Shown here piece by piece: positions 1 through 6,604 of a DNA stretch of 27,042 bases. Under the pieces are notes generated by a model. That model worked only from the letters and a program-made list of their open reading frames with translations. It was not told where the DNA came from and made no database searches. Within the stretch, counting starts at the first letter, position 1. Every line of letters begins with the position of its first letter. This stretch comes from a virus (Duplodnaviria; Caudoviricetes): IMG/VR virus record IMGVR_UViG_3300045189_000033, positions 1 through 27,042 of that record. One strand, given 5' to 3'. The position numbers and the translations under genes were made by a program.

Positions 1-225
1 ACTCGTCACGCCGGCAGGGTCGGACAGCAGCGAAGAGAAGACGTGGTCCGTCAGCCAGCGGGAATCGTCGAAGCGATTGTCGGCGCGCAGGGCTTGCTGG
101 ACAGCGGAATACGCCGCGCCCTGCGGGAATTTGGACTCGAACCACTGGCGGCCGTCATCGCAGGCCTGCCATTCGCGCAGCTTGCGCATGGTGATGGTGA
201 GTTCGGTGGTGGTGATGTTCGACAC
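1..225 (-). CDS. Phage early hypothetical protein (N-terminal 75 codons; runs off window)
   Basis: GTG at 225 with SD GGAGA upstream; open to the window edge (MSNITTTELTITMRKLREWQACDDGRQWFESKFPQGAAY...). Not in the ORF track because it is truncated. Confidence 0.8.
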   Translation of the reverse strand, partial: MSNITTTELTITMRKLREWQACDDGRQWFESKFPQGAAYSAVQQALRADNRFDDSRWLTDHVFSSLLSDPAGVTS

Positions 226-258
226 AGGTTTCTCCTAGCCCGCCACGCGGGCAGTGGG

Positions 259-474
259 TCAGGCGGGAAGGATCTGGCAGAGGTCTTGCGGGAAGGCGCG
301 GGACACCAGCACGGCCCAGGTCGGCGCCATCGAACCGCTGTTGCGGCTGTAGCGGTGGCGCGCGGCCTCAGGCGTGTTCGAGGTCAGGCGGGCAACGGCC
401 GGGCCCTTCGCGGTGGTGCGGATTTCGTACAGGTTCCTGACGGCGATGCCGTAGGTGTCGATGACGTGGTCCAT
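259..474 (-). CDS. Phage early hypothetical protein (71 aa), first ORF of the pL operon
   Basis: ATG at 474 preceded by AAGGGAGA SD; co-oriented with the gene at 1-225. Confidence 0.65.
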   Translation of the reverse strand: MDHVIDTYGIAVRNLYEIRTTAKGPAVARLTSNTPEAARHRYSRNSGSMAPTWAVLVSRAFPQDLCQILPA

Positions 475-514
475 GGTTTCTCCCTTGCTCACCGGGTGGT
501 GAGGTGTCTATCAA

Positions 515-940
515 GACAAGGAGAGATGGGGGAGGAGGTGCGTTGACCTTGGGCAGGGCTTCCGGCTAAAAACGTGCCAGGGTTCACTTTGGGAACCCAA
601 AAAGGAGGTCACCTTGACCCAATTTTTGGACTCCCTGATCCAGCGCAGGTGCGCTAACACCTGATCGCCAGCCATAAGGGAACCTAGAACGCAAACGCCA
701 GGAAGCGGATACCCCCGAAAGCATGTGCTGACAGGGCCCGCGCGTGGGCGGGGTTAGCGACCCACCCAAGCCCTTTGCTGGATACTGGCGGGCAGGTGCA
801 TGGTTGGCACCAAGGTAGGCCGCAAGTCCACGAGAGTGGGTAACTTGCAGCGCCAAGGTACGTTTGGAGCCCTGCCGCGTTCGCCCTCTCGGGTATCCAG
901 CTCGGGATGCCAGGCACCCCCTCTCCCATCTCAACTTGTC
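515..940 (-). ncRNA. Candidate large structured RNA in the pL leader
   Basis: 27-bp terminal inverted repeat (515-541/914-940, 23/27 matches), nested stems 552-563/866-876 and 570-578/857-865, at least six internal hairpins, and no convincing ORF. Confidence 0.7.
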
Positions 941-948
941 AAAGAACG
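936..948 (-). promoter_or_regulatory. boxA-like antitermination element (nutL-like)
   Basis: Minus strand reads CGTTCTTTGACAA, close to rrn/lambdoid boxA (GCTCTTTAACAA), about 40 nt downstream of the predicted pL start. Confidence 0.7.
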
Positions 949-992
949 TGCCTCGGTACTCGGTGATGCGTGAGTGGTGAGGCGTTGGGAGA

Positions 993-1021
993 ATTAAACA
1001 CGACGTTTATTTATAAGTCAA
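993..1021 (-). promoter_or_regulatory. pL-like sigma70 promoter
   Basis: -35 TTGACT (1021-1016), 17-bp spacer, -10 TTTAAT (998-993); overlapped by two operators. Confidence 0.8.
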
Positions 1022-1032
1022 CACAGTGTTTA
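995..1032. promoter_or_regulatory. OL operators (two 15-bp palindromic sites)
   Basis: TAAACACGACGTTTA (995-1009) and TCAACACAGTGTTTA (1018-1032); both match the OR sites. Confidence 0.85.
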
Positions 1033-1041
1033 TTTTTGAGC

Positions 1042-1069
1042 AAAAAAAAAGCCACCGGTTGAGGTGGCT
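1042..1069 (-). terminator. Rho-independent terminator of the repressor transcript
   Basis: Minus strand AGCCACC-TCAACC-GGTGGC followed by T9, just downstream of the 1086-1415 gene. Confidence 0.88.
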
Positions 1070-1085
1070 GTGCCGATGGCAGTGG

Positions 1086-1415
1086 TTACGGCCTTTCCCG
1101 GACCATCTGGAGGTGTCCCTGTGCGAGCGCTTTCGGACCTTCGGCATACGCTGTGCGCCACACCAGCCCATCTGGAGGGAAATCGTAGATTGTCTTGGCG
1201 ATTTCACGGAATGCGGATCGGCACACTGGGTCAGATGGGCTTAGGGAAACTCCCATGGTCTGTAGCTCGTCGGCTACAGCCCGGAAAAATTGCTTTTGAA
1301 TCGGGTGCGCGCGGCGTCGACCGCCGTGTTTATCCACCACGGTCAGCGCTCCCAGCCCGAACCAGTTCAGATGCATAGATATGGAGTCATCGGAATAGAG
1401 CACGAAGGAAAACAT
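1086..1415 (-). CDS. Hypothetical protein (109 aa) downstream of the repressor (rex-like position)
   Basis: AGGAGG SD upstream of ATG 1415; lies between repressor and terminator; AT-richer than the core genes. Confidence 0.7.
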   Translation of the reverse strand: MFSFVLYSDDSISMHLNWFGLGALTVVDKHGGRRRAHPIQKQFFRAVADELQTMGVSLSPSDPVCRSAFREIAKTIYDFPPDGLVWRTAYAEGPKALAQGHLQMVRERP

Positions 1416-1469
1416 ATTGCCGCCTCCTAGCGGATCTCTCTACCACAGGACCAAACCAATGCGATTTGC

Positions 1470-1877
1470 CTAGGCGGCGCGGTTTCCCGCTTGGCTTTTC
1501 TCAGCAATGACGCGGCCTTCAGCAAGCTCGACCGCTGCCTCCAGTTTCCCTTCGACAAACGCGCGGTCTTCGGGCGCTAGCCGCAGGACTCGACGAATGT
1601 CTAGGCGCGTGAACGGCCATTGCTCATCCCGAGGGGCCGCGCCGCCGATGAACATCGGACCCGCACCGGTCATCACCCATGTGGCATTCACACCGAATGC
1701 AGCCTGCGCATCGAGCAACGCTTCCTTTGAGGGACCGCGCTTTTCCCAGTTGTTGACGTTTTGCGGGGCGACGTTCAAGAGGCGGGCCATAGCTGTCTGA
1801 TCGGCGTCGCCAGTGATGCGGCCGGCGGCGCGCGCGGCTTCGTAGAGCCGTTCCATGTGGGCGTGCATTGCTTTCAT
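1470..1877 (-). CDS. cI: CI-like XRE HTH repressor (135 aa), no S24 peptidase domain
   Basis: HTH DQTAMARLLNVAPQNVNNWEKRG, then GVNATWVMTGAGPM; divergent from cro. Start moved to ATG 1877 because the longer ORF runs through the operators. Confidence 0.9.
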   Translation of the reverse strand: MKAMHAHMERLYEAARAAGRITGDADQTAMARLLNVAPQNVNNWEKRGPSKEALLDAQAAFGVNATWVMTGAGPMFIGGAAPRDEQWPFTRLDIRRVLRLAPEDRAFVEGKLEAAVELAEGRVIAEKSQAGNRAA

Positions 1878-1896
1878 GCCGCGATTGTGGCCGTGG

Positions 1897-1952
1897 TCAA
1901 CGCCTTGTTGATACACGCCGTGTTGACCAAACAATTAAACACAGTGTTTAAT
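1897..1952. promoter_or_regulatory. OR operators (three sites) and pR promoter
   Basis: TCAACGCCTTGTTGA (1897-1911), TACACGCCGTGTTGA (1912-1926), TAAACACAGTGTTTA (1936-1950). pR on + strand: -35 TTGACC (1923-1928), -10 TTTAAT (1947-1952), 18-bp spacer. Confidence 0.85.
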
Positions 1953-1972
1953 GAGGGCAAATTGGAGCCCTC

Positions 1973-2182
1973 ATGGACAACGACCTGCACCCTCATGCCG
2001 AAATCATCGATCGCCACGGCGGCCCCACGAAAGTGGCCGAGCTGATGGGGATCCTGGACGAGCCCGGCGCCGTTCAACGCGTGAGCAACTGGAAGCGCCG
2101 CGGTATCCCCGCCGAGGTTCGGCTGGAGTACCCGCATCTCTTCGTGAATCCGGTGGCCGCCCCTGCCCAGGAGGCGGCCTGA
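1973..2182 (+). CDS. cro: Cro-like HTH protein (69 aa)
   Basis: IIDRHGGPTKVAELMG...VQRVSNWKRRGIP motif, GGAG SD, divergent from the repressor. Confidence 0.88.
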   Translation: MDNDLHPHAEIIDRHGGPTKVAELMGILDEPGAVQRVSNWKRRGIPAEVRLEYPHLFVNPVAAPAQEAA

Positions 2183-2183
2183 G

Positions 2184-2600
2184 ATGAGCACCCACTCGAA
2201 AGGCGCCCAGATAGGCGCGCAGATCGCCGCAATTGAGGCTGCTCTCCAGGAGCTGCGCCGACTCCGATCCCATCCGGTCGCACAGATGGCGATGCGGTTA
2301 CGCGAGTCGGCGCGGCGCGTTGAACTGGCTGCGGAGGCCTTGCGCGACGTGGAGAACGGCGTTCTGAACGCCCTAGGGTTCGATGCCGAGCCGCCTAACC
2401 TGGACGATGTGATGTTGTTCCCGAGGGTGAGGCCAACAGATCCTGCAGGAGCTGCTGCATTTGCGCGAGCAGCGTTGAGAACTGCTCTACAGCGCCATCG
2501 GAAATACTTGCTCGAAGTAGAGCGGCTTCTTGAAACGCGCCCGTCTTCGTCAGATTTTCCTGAAGCGATGCCAATTGATCGTGATCCAGGGTGCGAATGA
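2184..2600 (+). CDS. Hypothetical protein (138 aa); 3' half overlaps an antisense gene
   Basis: Starts right after the cro stop with an AGGAGG SD inside the cro 3' end; helical, coiled-coil-like N-terminus. Confidence 0.5.
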   Translation: MSTHSKGAQIGAQIAAIEAALQELRRLRSHPVAQMAMRLRESARRVELAAEALRDVENGVLNALGFDAEPPNLDDVMLFPRVRPTDPAGAAAFARAALRTALQRHRKYLLEVERLLETRPSSSDFPEAMPIDRDPGCE

Positions 2601-2670
2601 TGCCGTTCATCACGATATTCAAGACGGCGGCCTGCGCGAATGCGCGCTCGGCCAGATCGTTCGATTCCAT
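2395..2670 (-). CDS. Hypothetical protein (91 aa), antisense moron-like gene between cro and cII
   Basis: Strong SD GGGAGGAG before ATG 2670; protein-like helical composition; possible -10 TATGCT at 2717-2712. Confidence 0.68.
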   Translation of the reverse strand: MESNDLAERAFAQAAVLNIVMNGIIRTLDHDQLASLQENLTKTGAFQEAALLRASISDGAVEQFSTLLAQMQQLLQDLLASPSGTTSHRPG

Positions 2671-2756
2671 GCCCAGCTCCTCCCGTAAGGGTTTCGTGTG
2701 TGAGAGCCGAAAGCATAGCCCGCATGGGCTGGGCGCCCATTTCGTAGGTGTTGGCG

Positions 2757-3095
2757 ATGTCCATACCTGAATCTTCCGCCGTTACATCTGCACGCGCACG
2801 CAGGATCCAGCAGGCCATCCTGCAACGCCTTGCGAGCGTTGGGCATGCGCATGTGGCCGCATGCGTGGGGCTGGACGAGTCTGCAATCAGCCGGTGGAAG
2901 GACAAGAAGACGGACGGCCGGCCCGGCGAGATTGAGCGCATGGCGCTGTTCCTTGCGTCGCTGGGCCTGAAGGCGACGCCCCAGGAATACAAGTGCTACG
3001 ACGAGGCCACGCTTGCCGCGATGCTGACCCTTGCGCGCCAGCGCATGGACCAGATCAACAACGTGGATCACCTGGCATTCGAGGACGACGAATGA
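2757..3095 (+). CDS. cII: CII-family transcriptional regulator (112 aa)
   Basis: RARRIQQAILQRLASVGHAHVAACVGLDESAISRWK...LASLGLK resembles lambda CII; located between cro and the replication genes. Confidence 0.85.
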   Translation: MSIPESSAVTSARARRIQQAILQRLASVGHAHVAACVGLDESAISRWKDKKTDGRPGEIERMALFLASLGLKATPQEYKCYDEATLAAMLTLARQRMDQINNVDHLAFEDDE

Positions 3096-3307
3096 AGACT
3101 GGCCCGATATGTTTGCTCGCCGTCCGGCTCAGCAAAAACCCCGATTTCTGGGCATTCGCCAGCGCACGCAGCGCCGACGAGGCCGCGGCCTTTATCCGGC
3201 GCGTGTGCCATGTCGAATCCCGCGCGCATCTGGACCACGATCAACAGGCCCGCGAACGCTTCCATGAACTGGTCCGCAAGCCGTTTGCCTATAGGACGGC
3301 CCCATGA
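3092..3307 (+). CDS. Phage hypothetical protein (71 aa)
   Basis: ATGA overlaps with cII and with the downstream gene. Confidence 0.75.
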   Translation: MKTGPICLLAVRLSKNPDFWAFASARSADEAAAFIRRVCHVESRAHLDHDQQARERFHELVRKPFAYRTAP

Positions 3308-4317
3308 ATTACTACGAGCACCACATCCGCGACTACGACGCGGCCACGGCGCACCTGTCCTGGGATGAGGACATGGCCTACACGCGCCTGATGCGCTGGT
3401 ACTACCGCAAGGAGCAGCCAATCCCGGCAGACATCAAGGAGGCGTGCCGTCAGGTCCGCGCTACCACCAAGATCCAGCGTGAGGCTGTGGCGGCGGTGCT
3501 GAACGAATTCTTCGTGCTGCAGGACGACGGCTGGCACCAGGAAACTTGCGACGATGCCATTGCGACATACCAGGCCGGCGAGCCGGAGCGCGTCGTCAAG
3601 AAGGCCAACGAGGACAACCGCCTGCGCAGGCACCGCGACGAGCGCGCGCGTCTCTTCAAAGTCCTGACGGATGCTGGGGAACATGCCCCCTGGAACATTC
3701 GAATGGAGGAGTTGCGGGCCATGGTCGAACGCATTTCAAGCGGTAATTCTGCAACGGCACCTGCAACGCAATCGGATCAACCTGCAACGGCACCTGCAAC
3801 GCCTGCAACGGCTACCCAATCACCAATCACCAATCACCAGACACCAGAATTAAAAGAAGATGAGGATAGCGCGGGCGCGCAAGGCACCTACCTGCCTGAC
3901 CCCACGCCCTACGGCGCCATGTCCAAGCTGCTGCGCGCCCAGGGCATCACCGATGCAAACCCTGGCAATCCCATCCTGCGGGCATGGGTCGACAAAGGCC
4001 TGGGGGCCGACGAAGCGATGGCCGGATTGCAAGCCGCGCGGGCAGCACGCTCTGCCCCGAACCCGATGACCTGGGCATACCTCGCCAGAGTGCTGGAGAC
4101 GCAGCGGGAGAAGGCCGCGCAAGTTGTCCCGGACAAGCCGAAGCAGGGCGCTGTGCCCAAGCCGGATCAGGACCGCTGGTGGATGTCCGACGGCGGCATC
4201 GACCGCAAGGGCCGCGAGCTGGGCATGTTCGCCCGTGGCGGCGAGTCCTACCCGGCGTTCAAGGACCGGATCTTCGAAGAACTGCGCCAGCGCGGCGCAC
4301 AGGAGCAAGCCGCATGA
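3304..4317 (+). CDS. YdaU/DUF1376-family replication initiator (O-like)
   Basis: N-terminal MNYYEHHIRDYDAATAHLSWDEDMAYTRLMRWYY signature; iteron-like repeats inside the gene. Confidence 0.85.
   Translation: MNYYEHHIRDYDAATAHLSWDEDMAYTRLMRWYYRKEQPIPADIKEACRQVRATTKIQREAVAAVLNEFFVLQDDGWHQETCDDAIATYQAGEPERVVKKANEDNRLRRHRDERARLFKVLTDAGEHAPWNIRMEELRAMVERISSGNSATAPATQSDQPATAPATPATATQSPITNHQTPELKEDEDSAGAQGTYLPDPTPYGAMSKLLRAQGITDANPGNPILRAWVDKGLGADEAMAGLQAARAARSAPNPMTWAYLARVLETQREKAAQVVPDKPKQGAVPKPDQDRWWMSDGGIDRKGRELGMFARGGESYPAFKDRIFEELRQRGAQEQAA
3749..3862 (+). repeat. Iteron-like repeats, probable replication origin
   Basis: CTGCAACG x5 (3749, 3761, 3782, 3794, 3803), CCAATCA x3 (3816-3836), then an A-rich tract. 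Confidence 0.75.
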
Positions 4318-4799
4318 GCTACGCCGACGAAGCCGCCGCCGTCAGCGGCCAACACCAGCCCGTCCAGGACCACGGCATGTGCTGCGTCCGAGGATGCTTT
4401 CTGCCCGGCAGCATCGCCGACAGCACGACCGGCTCGTCGGACTGGTTCTGCCACTTGCACCACGGCATGGCGTACGGCGAACTGGCCGGCATCACTGCCC
4501 GCATGCACAACCGGCGCAACCTGCTCGTCCTGGCCGCAAGGCTCAAAAACACACGGCCTGGCCAAACCCTGCCGGACAACGTGATCCCGTGGCTGCAGCG
4601 GCACAACCGCGGCGACATCGCCAGCGCTTACGCCGCGCTGCCGCGCCAATCCGCCCGCGCCCTCGGCGCGCTGATGCAGCGCATCCTCGGCGACGAATGC
4701 GCCATGCCTCAGCAGCGCCTGGCCGGCCCCGATTCCAAAGCCAAGGCCGTCAGCGATAGCTGGCACAAGGCCGTTGACCTCGTAGGTGACCTCGGATGA
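4314..4799 (+). CDS. Hypothetical protein with Cys/His cluster (161 aa)
   Basis: ATGA-coupled on both sides; CCVRGC...WFCHLHH could bind Zn. Confidence 0.75.
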   Translation: MSYADEAAAVSGQHQPVQDHGMCCVRGCFLPGSIADSTTGSSDWFCHLHHGMAYGELAGITARMHNRRNLLVLAARLKNTRPGQTLPDNVIPWLQRHNRGDIASAYAALPRQSARALGALMQRILGDECAMPQQRLAGPDSKAKAVSDSWHKAVDLVGDLG

Positions 4800-5524
4800 A
4801 CGATTTCATGGAACTGGAGGCTTACGAGCCGTTGGCGGCGACCGGCCGCATTGTGGTCGAAGACACGCCCCAGACCCGCGCCTTTTTGCGTGAGGTGCAG
4901 CAGAACCCTGGGTTGCTTGGCCCCCGGAAGATCGTGCCGCTTCCGGAGGGGATGAGCGCTGCTGACGTGCAGGCCATCGCGCGCGCGCACGTTTCGCCGC
5001 CCCTGGGCCTGGACGTGGCGCAGGCCGGCCTATTCGCGCCCGAGGCGCCGGCAGCCGCGGTCAACGTCTGCATCCTGGCGCTGGACCTGGGCACGAAGAC
5101 CGGCTACGCGGTGCGCAAGCGCGACGGCAAGGTGGTGCACGGGACTCAGAGCTTTGCGCCGCGCTCGAGCTGGAGCGCCGGGCAGCGCTGGCTGCGCTTC
5201 CAGTCCTGGCTGGGCGAGCTGCTGGACCTGCACCGCGTGGACCGGATCGCCTACGAGCACGTCAGCTTCCACGCCGGCGTGCGTGACGCCCACTGCTACG
5301 GCGCCTTCCGCGCGCTGGTGGAAATGGCCGCCGACCGCCGCAACATCGAGCTGGTGGGCACGAACGTGCAGACCGTGAAACGACACTGGACGGGGAAGGG
5401 CGGGGCAGACAAGGCGGCGATGATCGCCCAGGCCCGTGCCCGCGGCTTCCGTCCGGAGACGGACAACGATGCTGATGCCCTGGCCGTGCTGGACTGGGCC
5501 GTTGCACAGGAGCGCGCAGCATGA
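4796..5524 (+). CDS. RuvC-like Holliday junction resolvase with N-terminal extension
   Basis: Catalytic motifs ILALDLGTKTG, IAYEHV and DNDADALA; VKRHWTGKGGADK segment. Confidence 0.85.
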   Translation: MNDFMELEAYEPLAATGRIVVEDTPQTRAFLREVQQNPGLLGPRKIVPLPEGMSAADVQAIARAHVSPPLGLDVAQAGLFAPEAPAAAVNVCILALDLGTKTGYAVRKRDGKVVHGTQSFAPRSSWSAGQRWLRFQSWLGELLDLHRVDRIAYEHVSFHAGVRDAHCYGAFRALVEMAADRRNIELVGTNVQTVKRHWTGKGGADKAAMIAQARARGFRPETDNDADALAVLDWAVAQERAA

Positions 5525-5655
5525 ACGGCTGGTGGATCGTCCTGGCCGGGCTGGGATTCCTGGCCGCATGCCTGGGCTTGGCCGTTTGGGCCCTGGCCAG
5601 CGCCTACCGCCGCGACGCGGAAGAACACGGAGACAACGATGGCCAGAACCCCTGA
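5521..5655 (+). CDS. Small membrane protein (44 aa)
   Basis: AGGAG SD, ATGA overlap, one hydrophobic helix (WWIVLAGLGFLAACLGLAVWALA); below the ORF-track size cutoff. Confidence 0.65.
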   Translation: MNGWWIVLAGLGFLAACLGLAVWALASAYRRDAEEHGDNDGQNP

Positions 5656-6013
5656 GCAAATCGCCCATGCCCGCTACGTGCGCCGCGCGGCGGCTGCGAA
5701 GATCCGCCAGGCTGGGTACGATCTGGGCGGCCGGATCACCGATGCGATGGTGTGCGCCCAGATCCAGCGCCTGACGGGCGAACCGCTGCCCAGCCGTGGC
5801 GCGGTCATCGGCTACATGCAGCGCTTCGTGCTGGCGCCCATCGGTGAGCCAGCGCCCAGCCGTCAGCACGACGCCTTGCACGCGCCGGCGTACCGCCTGG
5901 ATCGCTTCCTGCGCACCATGGCTGCGCGCGCCGCTCTGGTGCAGCGCCCGCTGGTGCACGCCGTCAGCCGCGTGGACAACTGGCGGACGCTCGGGGAGGC
6001 CGAGGCATGGTGA
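5639..6013 (+). CDS. Phage hypothetical protein (124 aa)
   Basis: GGAG SD; overlaps neighbours in the operon. Confidence 0.7.
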   Translation: MARTPEQIAHARYVRRAAAAKIRQAGYDLGGRITDAMVCAQIQRLTGEPLPSRGAVIGYMQRFVLAPIGEPAPSRQHDALHAPAYRLDRFLRTMAARAALVQRPLVHAVSRVDNWRTLGEAEAW

Positions 6014-6273
6014 GGATCCAGCCGGCGCCGCGCATCGACTGGAACCGCGTGCTGCTGACGCTGCGCACGGAGGGGTATTCCTTGCACGACGTGTCATCGT
6101 TCACCGGCATCCCGCGGTCGACCCTGACGAGCTGGCAGGCCGGATGCAGCCCAGGGCACCAGGATGGGGAAACCCTGGTGAAGTTCTGGAGCGAGGCAAC
6201 CCAGCTTCCGCGCGAGTCCCTGCCCATCAGCGACAGCACCGTCGGCGCGCGTTTGTACGCCAACCGGGCATAG
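6007..6273 (+). CDS. Small HTH DNA-binding protein (88 aa), candidate late-gene activator
   Basis: HTH GYSLHDVSSFTGIPRSTLTSWQAG; last early gene, ending 3 bp before the first late-promoter motif. Confidence 0.75.
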   Translation: MVRIQPAPRIDWNRVLLTLRTEGYSLHDVSSFTGIPRSTLTSWQAGCSPGHQDGETLVKFWSEATQLPRESLPISDSTVGARLYANRA

Positions 6274-6276
6274 AAA

Positions 6277-6309
6277 GCCGAGATTTCGGCCAGTGCCGAG
6301 CCAGACAAT
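6277..6309 (+). promoter_or_regulatory. Putative late promoter 1
   Basis: GCCGAGATTTCGGC (6277-6290) - 13 bp - GACAAT (6304-6309). Confidence 0.75.
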
Positions 6310-6344
6310 CGGCTCCGATCTTTCCCCCAAAGACGGAGCCGAGC

Positions 6345-6602
6345 ATGGCCAAACGCAATCTCCAGGTCCAGACCCCGGGCGAAGTGCCCGCCACCGCGCC
6401 GGCGCCGGATGCGGCCCAGGACCAAGACATCCAACCTGCTGCTGCACCTGCGGAGCAACCTGTCGAGCCGCCCAAGGCCGCAAAGCCGCCCAAGGCGCGC
6501 GCCGACTACGCCAGCATGGCCGCAGCCGATATCGATCCCCACACCCTGACCGCGCCCGTGCTGTCCCGCGATGGCTGGGTCGTGCCGGCGAAGAAGGGCT
6601 GA
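6345..6602 (+). CDS. Pro/Ala-rich hypothetical protein (85 aa), first late gene
   Basis: GGAG SD, ATG 6345; C-terminus ends PVLSRDGWVVP. Confidence 0.75.
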   Translation: MAKRNLQVQTPGEVPATAPAPDAAQDQDIQPAAAPAEQPVEPPKAAKPPKARADYASMAAADIDPHTLTAPVLSRDGWVVPAKKG

Positions 6603-6604
6603 CC

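Noticed and set aside
43-546. Plus-strand 167-aa ORF
   Set aside because: Shadow of two minus-strand genes that have SDs and follow pL.
584-934. Minus-strand ORFs of 116 and 81 aa as an N-like antiterminator
   Set aside because: No SD, atypical composition, and their starts lie inside the long stem. Not fully excluded without ribosome profiling.
515-940. MITE or invertible segment defined by the 27-bp inverted repeats
   Set aside because: Only an AA dinucleotide flanks it, no transposase or invertase is in the window, and strand-biased G-U pairing fits RNA structure better. Kept as a less likely alternative.
3749-3836. CRISPR-like array
   Set aside because: Repeats are short, lack unique spacers of regular length, and lie within the initiator gene.
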